This document shows, piece after piece, positions 7,753 through 18,534 of a stretch of DNA of 64,000 bases. The DNA comes from an uncultured Gammaproteobacteria bacterium (GTDB lineage Bacteria; Patescibacteriota; Microgenomatia; UBA10105; UBA927). The stretch spans positions 126,989 to 190,988 of the forward strand of contig CAZKLT010000001.1 of assembly GCA_964553825.1 (NCBI GenBank). The letters run 5' to 3'. Numbering within the stretch: position 1 is the first letter of the stretch; each line of letters opens with the position of its first letter. The notes below the pieces were generated by a model. It saw nothing but the letters and a program-made list of their open reading frames with translations, was not told where the DNA came from and ran no database searches. Both the position numbers and the translations under genes were made by a program.

Positions 7753-10700
7753 ATGGCAAAAGACTCTGCAAAACAACGATTGTATTGGGGAAAAGATTTT
7801 AAAGATCTTCCCACCTTAGATCTTACCTTGGTGCAGCGGGAATCATATCAATGGTTCTTGGAGCAGGGCATCCGCGATCTTATTACTGAAGTATCTCCGA
7901 TCACAGACTTTACCGGAAAAAATTGGGAGCTTTCATTAGGCGATTACTATTTTGGTCGGCCGCGACTTACTCCTGCTATAGCTCTTGAAAAAGGACTGAC
8001 TTTTGATATGCCGCTGAAAGTCATGGCGACACTCGTAAATAAACAAACGGGACATCATGTTACTCAAGAAGTTTTCTTAGGGGATATTCCCGCAATGACC
8101 GAAAACGGCACGTTCATTATTAATGGTATCGAACGATGCGTCGTAAATCAGTTGGTTCGGTCTCCGGGTATCTATTTCACGGGCACCGTCGACTCTACCA
8201 CGGGAAAAACCCTTCATAGCGCTGAAATCCGACCGATGCACGGTAGCTGGCTCGAATTCATCATGACACGAAATGATGTTTTGATGGTGCGGATTGATCG
8301 CCGACGGAAATTTGTTGCCACGACGTTCCTTCGGGCAATCGGCTTGGGTGACAACGACGAAATCCTCTCAACATTCAGCGAAGTAGACATCAACAAAGAG
8401 CATCGATATATCGAAGCGACGCTGGCAAAGGATCCGACAAAAAGCCATACGGAAGCTGTCCTTGAGTTGTACCGAAAACTTCGCCCGGGTGAGCCAATCG
8501 TGCTAGATAACGCCCAAGAACTTCTTAAGACAATGTTTTTTGATTACCGACGGTATTCTCTTGAGCGGGTCGGGCGATACAAGATGAACAAGAAGTTGAA
8601 CATAGACGTCATTAATGACCGTGACCATTGGGTGTTAACAAAGGAAGACATAATCGGTAGCATCAAAAAGCTTATCGCTCTTTCGAACGGAAAGGACGAT
8701 GTTGATGATATTGACCATTTGGGAAATCGTAGAGTACGCCGGGTCGGAGAGCTCGTGGCGACCAATGCCTTCCGCGTGGGACTTCTCAGGCTCGAGCGAT
8801 CCGTTCGTGAAAAAATGAGCCTTGCTGGCCCGACAGCAGAGGATTTGACCCCCATGCAGTTGGTCAATGCGCGTCCGATTATTGCTTCTATTAACGACTT
8901 TTTCCGCACCAGTCAGCTTTCGACCATTTTGGATCAAACAAATCCGTTGGCAGAAGTCGATAATCTTCGACGGTTGACTGTTATGGGAACTGGTGGAATT
9001 TCCCGCGAACGTGCATCATTCTCCATTCGTGACATTAATGCTTCTCAATATGGGCGTATTTGTCCGGTCAGAAGCCCAGAAGGACCGAATATCGGTCTTG
9101 TTACCTACATGTCCTTATATACAAGAATAAATGAATACGGATTTTTGGAAACTCCGTACAGGAAAGTAGAAAAAGTTGTCCAGGGTGACAAAACTTTGAT
9201 GCGGGTTACCCAGGAAGTTGAATATCTTGACGCAAGTGACGAGCAATATAAGCATATAACACATGCAGGAATTGAAGTGAATGAGGATGGGTATATCGTC
9301 GATGAGCGTATCCCTGTACGATACAAAGGAGAATTTTTAGAAGCCGATGCATCTGTAGTTGAGTATATTGACGTGGTTCCGAGACAGGTCGTTGGCGCTC
9401 CTGCTTCCCTCATTCCGTTCTTGGCACATGACGAAGCGAATCGTGCCCTTATGGGTACACACATGCAGTGTCAGGCAGTTCCTTTGCTTATGCCACAGTC
9501 ACCTGTTGTCGGTACCGGCATGGAGGCGCCAATTTCTCAAACGATGGGACGAGTTGTCCGCGCACGCGAAGATGGCATCGTGAAGTACGCGGATGGAGCA
9601 AGAGTCGTTTTTGAAGGCCATGACGGTCAGGAGCAAACCTATACGCTTGCCAAGTATTCACGATCAGCCCAATCTACGTGTTATAACCAGCGTGTGATGG
9701 TGGCAACTGGTGACAAAGTGAAAAAAGGTCAGGTGCTCGTTGAAGGTCCAGCAAGCGAAGATGGAGAACTGGCGCTTGGAGCGAACGTGGCGATTGCATA
9801 CATGAGTTTTGATGGTTTGGGTTACGAAGACGCCATCGTTATTTCTGACCGATTGGTAAAAGAAGACGTTCTTACCTCTGTGCATATTGAAGAATATGAA
9901 GCAAGCGTTGTTGATACGAAGCTTGGACCCGAAGAAACAACCCGAGATATTCCAAATGTCGGAGAAGAAGCACTGCGAAATCTTGATGAGAATGGTATCG
10001 TCGTTGTCGGCGCTGAGGTAAGTCCAAATGACATTCTCGTAGGAAAAATTGCACCCAAAGGCGAGACAGAGCTTACCGCAGAAGAGCGATTGCTTCGGGC
10101 TATATTCGGTGAAAAAGCGCGAGAAGTTCGCGATACCAGTCTGAGAGTTCCTCATGGCGAGCGGGGCACAGTCATTGAAGTAAAAATTCTTGATAAAGAA
10201 AAGGGTGATGAACTCGAGCCGGGTACAAATAGAAAGATAATCGTGAAAGTAGCACAGATGAGAAAAGTTGTGGTTGGAGATAAGCTTGCAGGGCGCCACG
10301 GAAATAAAGGCGTTATTTCCAAAGTTGTGCCTCAGAGTGACATGCCGTACCTTTCGGACGGTACCGTTGTAGATGTTATTATTTCACCTTTGTCAGTGTT
10401 GTCCCGTATGAATCTCGGTCAACTTCTTGAGGCTCATTTAGGCTTGGCTGCGCTGAAATTGAACGAAAAAATTTCGCTTCCAGTTTTTGAAAACGTCAAA
10501 GAGGATCGTATCACAGAGAAGCTGAAAGAAGCAGGCGTTCCTGTTTCTGGAAAGAGCGAACTTTTCGACGGCAGAACGGGCGAACCCTACAAAGAACCGG
10601 TCGTTGTCGGAGTCGGATATATCCTTAAACTCATCCACATGGTTGAGGACAAGACGCATGCCCGCTCAACCGGACCGTATTCACTTGTTACCCAGCAACC

Positions 10701-11109
10701 GCTTGGAGGAAAAGCTCAGATGGGTGGACAAAGATTGGGAGAGATGGAAGTCTGGGCACTTGAGGCTCATCGGGCGGCACACGTCCTTCAGGAGATGCTG
10801 ACGATTAAATCAGATGATGTCGTCGGGCGTGCGAAAGCATTTGAAGCCATCGTAAAGGGAACGGATATTCCAGAATCCACGATACCAGAATCATTCAAAG
10901 TATTGGTGAAAGAGCTTCAGGCCTTAGGCTTGAGCGTTACTCCTACGGGAGCGGTAACGGCCAAACCCGTGGTGACGACTCCGACAGTGGCAGATGAAGC
11001 GGTGAAAAAAGAGGCGGCAGAGATAGCAAAAGCAAGCGGGCAAGAGGCAGTTATGGAAGGCTCAGCAGACATAGATGTACCGGAGAAACCGGAGGAAAAC
11101 GCTAATTAA
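7753..11109 (+). CDS. rpoB: DNA-directed RNA polymerase subunit beta
   Basis: GTFIINGIER, DDIDHLGNRR, PEGPNIGL, GDKLAGRHGNKG and GGQRLGEME. Confidence 0.99.
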   Translation: MAKDSAKQRLYWGKDFKDLPTLDLTLVQRESYQWFLEQGIRDLITEVSPITDFTGKNWELSLGDYYFGRPRLTPAIALEKGLTFDMPLKVMATLVNKQTGHHVTQEVFLGDIPAMTENGTFIINGIERCVVNQLVRSPGIYFTGTVDSTTGKTLHSAEIRPMHGSWLEFIMTRNDVLMVRIDRRRKFVATTFLRAIGLGDNDEILSTFSEVDINKEHRYIEATLAKDPTKSHTEAVLELYRKLRPGEPIVLDNAQELLKTMFFDYRRYSLERVGRYKMNKKLNIDVINDRDHWVLTKEDIIGSIKKLIALSNGKDDVDDIDHLGNRRVRRVGELVATNAFRVGLLRLERSVREKMSLAGPTAEDLTPMQLVNARPIIASINDFFRTSQLSTILDQTNPLAEVDNLRRLTVMGTGGISRERASFSIRDINASQYGRICPVRSPEGPNIGLVTYMSLYTRINEYGFLETPYRKVEKVVQGDKTLMRVTQEVEYLDASDEQYKHITHAGIEVNEDGYIVDERIPVRYKGEFLEADASVVEYIDVVPRQVVGAPASLIPFLAHDEANRALMGTHMQCQAVPLLMPQSPVVGTGMEAPISQTMGRVVRAREDGIVKYADGARVVFEGHDGQEQTYTLAKYSRSAQSTCYNQRVMVATGDKVKKGQVLVEGPASEDGELALGANVAIAYMSFDGLGYEDAIVISDRLVKEDVLTSVHIEEYEASVVDTKLGPEETTRDIPNVGEEALRNLDENGIVVVGAEVSPNDILVGKIAPKGETELTAEERLLRAIFGEKAREVRDTSLRVPHGERGTVIEVKILDKEKGDELEPGTNRKIIVKVAQMRKVVVGDKLAGRHGNKGVISKVVPQSDMPYLSDGTVVDVIISPLSVLSRMNLGQLLEAHLGLAALKLNEKISLPVFENVKEDRITEKLKEAGVPVSGKSELFDGRTGEPYKEPVVVGVGYILKLIHMVEDKTHARSTGPYSLVTQQPLGGKAQMGGQRLGEMEVWALEAHRAAHVLQEMLTIKSDDVVGRAKAFEAIVKGTDIPESTIPESFKVLVKELQALGLSVTPTGAVTAKPVVTTPTVADEAVKKEAAEIAKASGQEAVMEGSADIDVPEKPEENAN

Positions 11110-11117
11110 TAAAATTT

Positions 11118-14100
11118 ATGGATAAAAAACAATCATTTGCCAATATCGTTGATTTTTCCGGATTGAAGATTACCCTCGCTTCATCGGAAGACATAAAAGC
11201 TTGGTCACACGGCGAAGTCACCAAGCCGGAGACGATTAATTATCGTACCCTTAAGCCCGAAAAAGACGGATTGTTTGACGAGCGTATTTTCGGACCGACA
11301 AAAGATTGGGAATGTTATTGCGGAAAGTATAAGAGAATCCGGTACCGTGGTATTGTCTGCGACAAGTGTGGCGTGGAGGTAACACAAAGCAAGGTCCGCC
11401 GCGAAAGAATGGGCCATATTGGCCTCGTAGCGCCGGTAGCACATGTGTGGTTTTTCAAAGGCGCACCGTCCCGTTTGTCACTTCTTTTGGATATCAGTCC
11501 GCGTGCACTTGAGGAAGTTATTTACTTCGCCCAATACTTGGTGACAAAAGTAGATGACGCTAAAAAGAAAGAAGTTATCGAAAAACTCGTCAAATCCGGT
11601 GAGGCTCGTATTGAAGACGTTGAGAAACGATTGAAAGAGGAAAAAGCCAAGAAACACGATCAATTTGTCGGGGAAAAAGCTACCGTGAAAGAGAAGGTAA
11701 ACGGAGCAGAAGCAAAGGACCTAGCCGTTTCTGAACTGACCCTGAAAGAGCGTCAGGAAGTGACGGGGATGGAAGATCAGGCGGAAAAAGAGAAAGAGAA
11801 GATTACGGAGATCATGGATTCTCTGGTTGCGATTGTAAAAGCAATTAAACCGCTTCACACACTTACCGAAGATGAGTATTTAAGGCTTCTGGAGTACGAC
11901 GCAGTTGAGTGTTTTGAGGTTGGCATGGGTGCCGAAGCCATCGAAGAAGTGATAAAGAAAATTGACCTCGACAAGCTAGCAGCTGAACTTCGTGAAGAGA
12001 TTCAGAATACGAGTGGTCAGCGTCATATCAAAGCAACGAAGCGGTTGAGAGTCGTTGACGGCATGCGAAAAGCTGTAATTAATCCGTCCTGGATGATTCT
12101 GTCAAACCTGCCGGTAATCCCGCCAGACCTTCGACCTATGGTCCAGCTGACTGGTGGACGATTTGCGACAAGTGACTTGAATGATTTGTACCGCCGCGTT
12201 ATCAACAGGAATAATCGTCTCAAGCATCTTATGGATCTCGGTGCGCCGGAGATTATTTTACGCAATGAAAAGCGCATGCTTCAGGAAGCTGTTGATAGCT
12301 TGATTGACGTTACCCAGCGCCCAAGTTCACGCGCTGTCATAGCACCGCTTCGATCACTTTCTGACATGCTTCGCGGAAAGCAGGGACGGTTCCGTCAGAA
12401 TCTGTTAGGGAAGCGCGTTGATTATTCTGGCCGATCCGTTATCGTTGTGGGGCCTGAGCTGAATCTTACGCAATGCGGTTTACCCAAAGAAATGGCGCTT
12501 GAAATGTTCAAGCCCTTTGTCCTGCGCGAGCTTATCGTACGGGGAATTGCCCCAAACGTGAAGAATGCGAAGAACGTACTGGAGAGAAGGACACCTGAAG
12601 TTTTTGATATCCTCGAAGAGATTACCAAAAATCATCCGGTGCTTCTTAACCGCGCACCGACGCTTCACAAGTTGGGTATTCAGGCATATTACCCGATTCT
12701 TATTGAGGGAGCAGCTATTCGTATCCATCCGTGTGTTTGTGCCGGATATAACGCTGATTTTGACGGAGATCAGATGGCTGTTCATATCCCGCTTTCCAAG
12801 GAAAGTCAGCATGAAGCTGTTCACTTGATGCTTCCGACACATAACCTTTTGAAGCCGGCAGACGGATCACCGATTACTGTTCCAAACAAGGAAATGGTAC
12901 TTGGATGTTACTATCTCACCACGCTTGAAGTCGCCTCGGGGGATGTCGATGAAAGTACATTGCGTTCCTTTGGGGATGAGCACGACATGATATTTGCGTA
13001 TCAGTCAGGCAAACTTCCGCTCCGCGCGGCTGTCCGACTGAAGGTAAACGGAGAATGGATTGTTACATCCGTTGGTCGCGTCATGTTCAATGAAATATTG
13101 CCTTCTGAATTGCGCTTCATGAATACACCGGTCAAAGCGGCATCAATCAAGGCTATTATCACGAAGGCGCTGAATTTTTACTCCAAGGAAGAGGTTGTTG
13201 GTATTATTGATGCAATCAAGAATGTTGGATTTATGGGAGCAACCCTTTGTGGCGGACTGTCTGTCTCAGTATTCGATTGCGTGATGGTCGAAGAAAAGCA
13301 AACGATCGTGAAAGAGGCAGAAGAAAAGGTAAAGGAAGTGGACCAGAACTATCAGCAAGGACTTATTACGCTTGAAGAAAAGAAGCGTTTGTCCAACGAA
13401 ATCTGGATCGAGGTTACCGAAAGAATTGCCGATGTTACCTGGCAGAGAATGAAAGCAGATAATCCGGTGAAGATGATTATCGATTCCGGAGGAGCGCGTG
13501 CTTCCAAGGATCAGTTGAAACAGCTTTCTGCTATTAAAGGATTGGTCGTTGATCCGTTGGGTAAAATCGTGGAACTTCCGACGAAGAGTAACTACCGTGA
13601 AGGTCTTTCGATCTTTGAATACGTGACAAGTACCCGTGGATCCCGGAAAGGACTTACCGACTCAGCGCTCAAGACCGCTGATGCCGGATATCTGACCCGC
13701 CGGTTGGTCGATGTTTCCCATGACATGATCATCCGCCAGGAGGATTGCGGCACGTCTGAAGGCTGGGAAGTGAAACGACGTGAAGATCGTCAGGCCTCTT
13801 TCGTTTCACGGGTTATCAGCAGATTTGCTGCAGTAGACGTGGTTGCCCCGGGAAGCAAGAAAGTCCTTATCGCGGCAGGAGAAGAGATTACTGAAGAAAA
13901 CGGCAAGCTTCTCGATGAGCATGGTGTTGAGTCAGTCATGGTCCGGTCACCCATCAGCTGTCAGGCGCCGGTTGGTATGTGCGCCAAATGTTACGGTCGT
14001 GATTTCTCAACGAATGCGCATGTGCAGCTTGGTACACCTGTTGGCGTTATCGCTGCGCAATCCATCGGAGAGCCCGGAACACAGTTGACAATGCGTGTCA

Positions 14101-14840
14101 GACACGCCGGAGGTATCGTCGGACTGGATGTTACTCAAGGCTTGCCCCGTGTGGAAGAGCTTTTCGAATCTCGAACGCCACGCGTGCTTTCACCGATTGC
14201 GGAAATTGCAGGAAAAGTTGAAGTAGCGGAGACAGAGCAGGGATATCAGGTCCGTGTGCGTAATACCGCGATGAAACCGCCGGAAGAGCGTGAGTACGTT
14301 ATTCCTCTTACAAGTGAATTGAAAGTGAAAGAGGGTGAGTTGGTTGCCGCCGGAGATCAGTTGGCCAGCGGATACCTTGATCTAAAAGAAGTCCTGTTGG
14401 TTCGGGGTCTTCGCGGAACACAGAAGTATCTTATCACGGAAATTCAGCGTGTGTATGAATCACAGGGTATTCAGATCTCGGATAAGCATTTCGAGGTCAT
14501 AGTCAGAAAAATGAGCGACAAGGTGCGCATCGATACGTCAGGCGATACGATGCTGCTTCCGGGAGAATTGGTTGATCGTATGCGCTTCCAGGAAGTGAAC
14601 GCCCGGGTACTGGCAGAAGGCGGAGAACCCGCAACCGCACAGATTACCATGCTCGGTATAACGCGCGCATCCTTGTTTACCGAATCATGGCTTTCGGCTG
14701 CGTCATTCCAGGAAACCACCAACGTTCTTACCGATGCGGCACTTTCAGCAAAAGAAGATAAGTTGCTGGGTCTCAAAGAAAACGTTATAATCGGCAGACT
14801 CATTCCGGTAGGTCCGGAACGGGCAAAAATTCAAAGCTAA
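11118..14840 (+). CDS. rpoC: DNA-directed RNA polymerase subunit beta'
   Basis: Zn finger CYC..CDKC, catalytic [18 protein letters not shown] and [13 protein letters not shown]. Confidence 0.99.
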   Translation: MDKKQSFANIVDFSGLKITLASSEDIKAWSHGEVTKPETINYRTLKPEKDGLFDERIFGPTKDWECYCGKYKRIRYRGIVCDKCGVEVTQSKVRRERMGHIGLVAPVAHVWFFKGAPSRLSLLLDISPRALEEVIYFAQYLVTKVDDAKKKEVIEKLVKSGEARIEDVEKRLKEEKAKKHDQFVGEKATVKEKVNGAEAKDLAVSELTLKERQEVTGMEDQAEKEKEKITEIMDSLVAIVKAIKPLHTLTEDEYLRLLEYDAVECFEVGMGAEAIEEVIKKIDLDKLAAELREEIQNTSGQRHIKATKRLRVVDGMRKAVINPSWMILSNLPVIPPDLRPMVQLTGGRFATSDLNDLYRRVINRNNRLKHLMDLGAPEIILRNEKRMLQEAVDSLIDVTQRPSSRAVIAPLRSLSDMLRGKQGRFRQNLLGKRVDYSGRSVIVVGPELNLTQCGLPKEMALEMFKPFVLRELIVRGIAPNVKNAKNVLERRTPEVFDILEEITKNHPVLLNRAPTLHKLGIQAYYPILIEGAAIRIHPCVCAGYNADFDGDQMAVHIPLSKESQHEAVHLMLPTHNLLKPADGSPITVPNKEMVLGCYYLTTLEVASGDVDESTLRSFGDEHDMIFAYQSGKLPLRAAVRLKVNGEWIVTSVGRVMFNEILPSELRFMNTPVKAASIKAIITKALNFYSKEEVVGIIDAIKNVGFMGATLCGGLSVSVFDCVMVEEKQTIVKEAEEKVKEVDQNYQQGLITLEEKKRLSNEIWIEVTERIADVTWQRMKADNPVKMIIDSGGARASKDQLKQLSAIKGLVVDPLGKIVELPTKSNYREGLSIFEYVTSTRGSRKGLTDSALKTADAGYLTRRLVDVSHDMIIRQEDCGTSEGWEVKRREDRQASFVSRVISRFAAVDVVAPGSKKVLIAAGEEITEENGKLLDEHGVESVMVRSPISCQAPVGMCAKCYGRDFSTNAHVQLGTPVGVIAAQSIGEPGTQLTMRVRHAGGIVGLDVTQGLPRVEELFESRTPRVLSPIAEIAGKVEVAETEQGYQVRVRNTAMKPPEEREYVIPLTSELKVKEGELVAAGDQLASGYLDLKEVLLVRGLRGTQKYLITEIQRVYESQGIQISDKHFEVIVRKMSDKVRIDTSGDTMLLPGELVDRMRFQEVNARVLAEGGEPATAQITMLGITRASLFTESWLSAASFQETTNVLTDAALSAKEDKLLGLKENVIIGRLIPVGPERAKIQS

Positions 14841-14842
14841 CT

Positions 14843-15280
14843 ATGCCTACAGTAAATCAACTTATCAGAAAAGGGCGACACAGTAAGGCGAAGAAAATAA
14901 AAGCAACCGCACTGCGGAAGTTTTTTAATGCCAAGGACCGGGCGACGAGTCAGTTGCCATCACCGTTTAAGCGGGGAGTGGTTACTCTCGTAAAGACCAT
15001 GACGCCGAAGAAACCAAACTCAGCATTGCGCAAGGTCGCTCGCGTGCGGCTTTCGAACAAACAGGAAGTGACGGCGTACATTCCCGGTATTGGTCATGAA
15101 TTGACAGAGCATGCGATTGTGTTGGTACGTGGTGGCCGCGTCCCTGATCTACCCGGTGTGAAATATCATATCGTTCGTGGGAAATATGATTCATCAGGTG
15201 TTGCAACGCGAAAGCAAGGGCGCAGCAGATATGGTGCGAAAGCCGGTAGCACTGGTCCTGCGGCTGCCGCAGCGAACTAA
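14843..15280 (+). CDS. rpsL: 30S ribosomal protein S12
   Basis: [20 protein letters not shown] and [10 protein letters not shown]. Confidence 0.99.
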   Translation: MPTVNQLIRKGRHSKAKKIKATALRKFFNAKDRATSQLPSPFKRGVVTLVKTMTPKKPNSALRKVARVRLSNKQEVTAYIPGIGHELTEHAIVLVRGGRVPDLPGVKYHIVRGKYDSSGVATRKQGRSRYGAKAGSTGPAAAAAN

Positions 15281-15286
15281 TAGTCT

Positions 15287-15763
15287 ATGAGCAGATCAAA
15301 GAAAGTTACCAAACAAGTGATAATTGCCGATCCCATATACGGAAATCGGCTTTTAATGCGTTTTATTAACCGGGTTATGAGAGATGGAAAAAAACGGGTT
15401 GCAGAAGGCGTGGTCTATAGCGCGCTTGAGACCATTAAGGAAAAGGGCGAGGATCCAGTGAAAGTTTTTGAGAACGCCATTAACAGCGTTGGTCCAAAGA
15501 TGGAGGTCCGTTCACGACGCGTTGGCGGAGCATCATATCAGGTTCCTACCGAGGTCAGAGGCGATCGTCGGATCGCGCTCGCTATCCGGTGGATAATTCA
15601 GTTCGCTGGGAAAAGATCAAACAAGGATTTTAAGAGTTTCGCCGAAAAACTTGCTGCAGAACTTACTGATGCGGCTGCAGGACAAGGTGAATCGATTAAA
15701 AAACGGGATGCGGTTCATCGCATGGCCGAGGCTAACCGTGCATTTGCTCACTTTAAGTGGTAA
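15287..15763 (+). CDS. rpsG: 30S ribosomal protein S7
   Basis: EVRSRRVGGASYQVP and HRMAEANRAFAHF. Confidence 0.99.
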   Translation: MSRSKKVTKQVIIADPIYGNRLLMRFINRVMRDGKKRVAEGVVYSALETIKEKGEDPVKVFENAINSVGPKMEVRSRRVGGASYQVPTEVRGDRRIALAIRWIIQFAGKRSNKDFKSFAEKLAAELTDAAAGQGESIKKRDAVHRMAEANRAFAHFKW

Positions 15764-15800
15764 TTCGTAAACGTAGTCTCCTCCTGCCATATCTTTCCCC

Positions 15801-16832
15801 ATGAGCCGCAGAGAGCGCGTTTCTCCAGGAAGAAAAATTTCCCGCAGAGATAGTATGAAGGTGATTTGGCATTATCTGAAGGCAGGCGCTATCGTATATG
15901 GAGCAGCACGGCTGGGTGTGGATTTTGCCGTTGGTGTGCCGGAAGTCCGGGATACATTCGTGGCAGAGCCGTATCAGCCAGGCTGGTTGGAGACGAGGAA
16001 TCCGGAGCGCCCTGCATTTATTGATCCCAATGATTTCGGTGAAAAGAAATATCTCCGCTATATGGCAATGCACGATCCGCTCCTATCACGTACGCATGCT
16101 CGTGCTTTTGCCCAATCCATGAAGAACGAAAAAAAATCAGTTTCGCTCCGGGAGGGCTATGAGCGACATCTCGGGCACGCGTATGAAGAAATGAAGTATA
16201 CGTCCGCCAAGCTTGAGGATGTCGTTCAGGCGTCGCTTTTTACGTATGCATCGCTCCATAGCAGCTTTTATACGGTAGGAGACGTGTATACGGCATTTGG
16301 CGTTTATGATGATCTCCGGCATCCATTGCCGGATGAGATTTTTGACGTTTCGGTGTATAGAGGGAATATTCCGCATCTGTTTGATGGCGAGAGTAACAAT
16401 GACGAGAGTAAGATACAGCATTTTGCTGGATTTTCGTTTTTGACGTACACGTATGCCCATGCCCGCGCGTTGGGTTTGCCGGAGGCAACCACGGTGCCGC
16501 GATTGGCTAAATTTGTCGCATCGATTGGACCCGAGGCGGTAGATGAGGGGGTACTGTTTGCGACCACTGGCGAGCTAAAATGGGAACATTGGGAAACAAG
16601 CAGGTGGATTAATCGGATTATACGAAATCGCCGATATGAACCTCCGAATGAAGGATTTTTTGAACCGGGATTTAATACCGATATGCTGGCGAGCCTTATG
16701 GGAATTGAATTCGGCAGGCGGCTCTATTCTGAAGCCAGACAGGGAAGTGATATCCGTGCGATTGTCGGTGCTCTTGACCGGCCGTTGGAGCTTGTGACTC
16801 CGGAAGCCCTTACGCTTTTCCCAGTTGAGTAG
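15801..16832 (+). CDS. Hypothetical protein with twin-arginine-like N-terminus and membrane anchor
   Basis: 343-aa ORF; ISRRDSMK then a hydrophobic stretch; SKIQHF, WEHWE and DMLASLMG motifs. Confidence 0.7.
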   Translation: MSRRERVSPGRKISRRDSMKVIWHYLKAGAIVYGAARLGVDFAVGVPEVRDTFVAEPYQPGWLETRNPERPAFIDPNDFGEKKYLRYMAMHDPLLSRTHARAFAQSMKNEKKSVSLREGYERHLGHAYEEMKYTSAKLEDVVQASLFTYASLHSSFYTVGDVYTAFGVYDDLRHPLPDEIFDVSVYRGNIPHLFDGESNNDESKIQHFAGFSFLTYTYAHARALGLPEATTVPRLAKFVASIGPEAVDEGVLFATTGELKWEHWETSRWINRIIRNRRYEPPNEGFFEPGFNTDMLASLMGIEFGRRLYSEARQGSDIRAIVGALDRPLELVTPEALTLFPVE

Positions 16833-17274
16833 CAAGTACGTCAGCCCATGCATTGATGGCTTCCATGTGCTTGGACTGATCAGAGAAGTATTTATCTATA
16901 CGAAGCGATGGAGTGACAAGTTTCCCCTTTACGGTTTTGACTAATTCTTCCAGATGATCCACCGCACCGCAAAAATGGGTATATGAAGAATCTCCGAGTC
17001 CAAATATAGCAAATGGTTTCTCATCAAGCGGCATGGATTTGAGTTTTTCAATAAGCGGCACATAATCTTCATGCGGCATCCCTTCCATACCGTTGAAATC
17101 CCAGCTGGGGGACCCCAGGACAACGGCGGGTGCCGTCTTAATATCATCCGGAGATGTTTCCATCACCTGTTTTATCGTTACTTGGTGGCCTGCAGCTGTA
17201 AGTTTGTCGGCAACCGCCTGCGCGGTCATCATTGTCGTGCCGGAGTTAGTAGCGTACACTAGAAGAATCTGCAT
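16810..17274 (-). CDS. Short-chain flavodoxin
   Basis: YATNSGTT (FMN phosphate loop), GSPSW and FGLGDSSYTHFCGA; TACAAT 7 nt before ATG 17274. Confidence 0.92.
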   Translation of the reverse strand: MQILLVYATNSGTTMMTAQAVADKLTAAGHQVTIKQVMETSPDDIKTAPAVVLGSPSWDFNGMEGMPHEDYVPLIEKLKSMPLDEKPFAIFGLGDSSYTHFCGAVDHLEELVKTVKGKLVTPSLRIDKYFSDQSKHMEAINAWADVLATQLGKA

Positions 17275-17312
17275 GCTCATCATTGTATGATGGATTACTA
17301 TGCGATTCAAGT

Positions 17313-17933
17313 ATGAAGAATGTTGTTAAAGCTCACTTCCGACGAACAGATCCCATACTTTTTGCCGCACTGAGTCGTCTGGGTTCTTCAACCGGTTCTC
17401 TGAATCCACGAATGACGACGGATTATTTTGCTGATTTGTGTGAAGCAATTATCAATCAGCAATTATCCGAAAAAGCAGGCGCAACCATATTCAGACGATT
17501 TAAATCACTCTTCATAGGCGGCAAAATTACTCCACAAAAGGTAGTACGTCTTAGCGATCAGTCTATTCGTGATATCGGCGCATCGTGGTCCAAGGTGGGA
17601 TTTATTAAAGATCTGGCAGTCAAGGTATATAAGAACGAGATAGAGCTACAGACACTTACCTCATTGCCTGATGATCAGGTTATTCAAAGACTTACCTCAA
17701 TAAAGGGGATAGGTCCGTGGACGGCAGAAATGTTTCTCATGTTTAGTCTTGGACGTGAAGACATATTTTCATATGGGGATGTTGGTCTTCGTCGTGCCAT
17801 ACAGAGGTTGTATTCATTCAAAAAAGAACCCACGCAGCAGCAAATTAGAAAACTCGAAATAAAATGGATACCGTACCGGACATACGCGTGTCGGATTCTT
17901 TGGAGAACTCTGGACGTCGTTGAGGTACAATAG
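17313..17933 (+). CDS. alkA: DNA-3-methyladenine glycosylase II (AlkA, HhH-GPD)
   Basis: IINQQLS, LTSIKGIGPWTAEMFLMF, GDVGL and WIPYRTYA. Confidence 0.88.
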   Translation: MKNVVKAHFRRTDPILFAALSRLGSSTGSLNPRMTTDYFADLCEAIINQQLSEKAGATIFRRFKSLFIGGKITPQKVVRLSDQSIRDIGASWSKVGFIKDLAVKVYKNEIELQTLTSLPDDQVIQRLTSIKGIGPWTAEMFLMFSLGREDIFSYGDVGLRRAIQRLYSFKKEPTQQQIRKLEIKWIPYRTYACRILWRTLDVVEVQ

Positions 17934-17937
17934 CTTC

Positions 17938-18309
17938 ATGAAACCAGCAGTAATCGGATTTCTTATTCTTGTGGCGGGGATCCTATATGTTGGGCCGTAT
18001 GTGAATCGCCAAAAGGCATGTTACGATGGGTCAATGCGATCAATTAACGATATTAAATACGAAGTTGCCTCCCGTTCGATACCTAAGGAATCGGTGTGTG
18101 AAAAACGACTCGTTGTTCTGGAAAGCCTAGAGAGTTGTCTGCGTGCCGCTACCGGTTCCGGGCAGCTTATATCGATTTCCTACCCACTCATTGAAGGATC
18201 GCTTTCTCTCGTCCGACCAGTGGGTCAAAACGTCCAATCGCTGAAAGGGGAGCATAACCTGGAATGCGAAGAGTTTCCTGATTTTCGTACTGATACCGTC
18301 ATCCAATAA
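17938..18309 (+). CDS. Hypothetical membrane-anchored protein with 4 Cys
   Basis: N-terminal hydrophobic anchor; TACAAT 6 nt before ATG 17938. Confidence 0.65.
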   Translation: MKPAVIGFLILVAGILYVGPYVNRQKACYDGSMRSINDIKYEVASRSIPKESVCEKRLVVLESLESCLRAATGSGQLISISYPLIEGSLSLVRPVGQNVQSLKGEHNLECEEFPDFRTDTVIQ

Positions 18310-18336
18310 TTGCAGCGGTATCGTATACTAGGGTAG

Positions 18337-18534
18337 ATGGGTAACCTACTTCTTCTGGTTGGATTCATTTTTATTCTTTCCGGAATACTCGTCAATGTGG
18401 TGCCGCAGCTAAAGTTGCCCCTCCTTCCCGGGGATGTTTTTGTTCAAAAAGAAGGATTTACCCTCTATATTCCGTTTACCTCCTCAATACTTTTGAGTAT
18501 TATTATTACCGTCGTGTTACGATTTTTACGGTGA
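18337..18534 (+). CDS. DUF2905 family small membrane protein
   Basis: LPGDVFVQKEGFTLYIPFTSSILLS. Confidence 0.85.
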   Translation: MGNLLLLVGFIFILSGILVNVVPQLKLPLLPGDVFVQKEGFTLYIPFTSSILLSIIITVVLRFLR

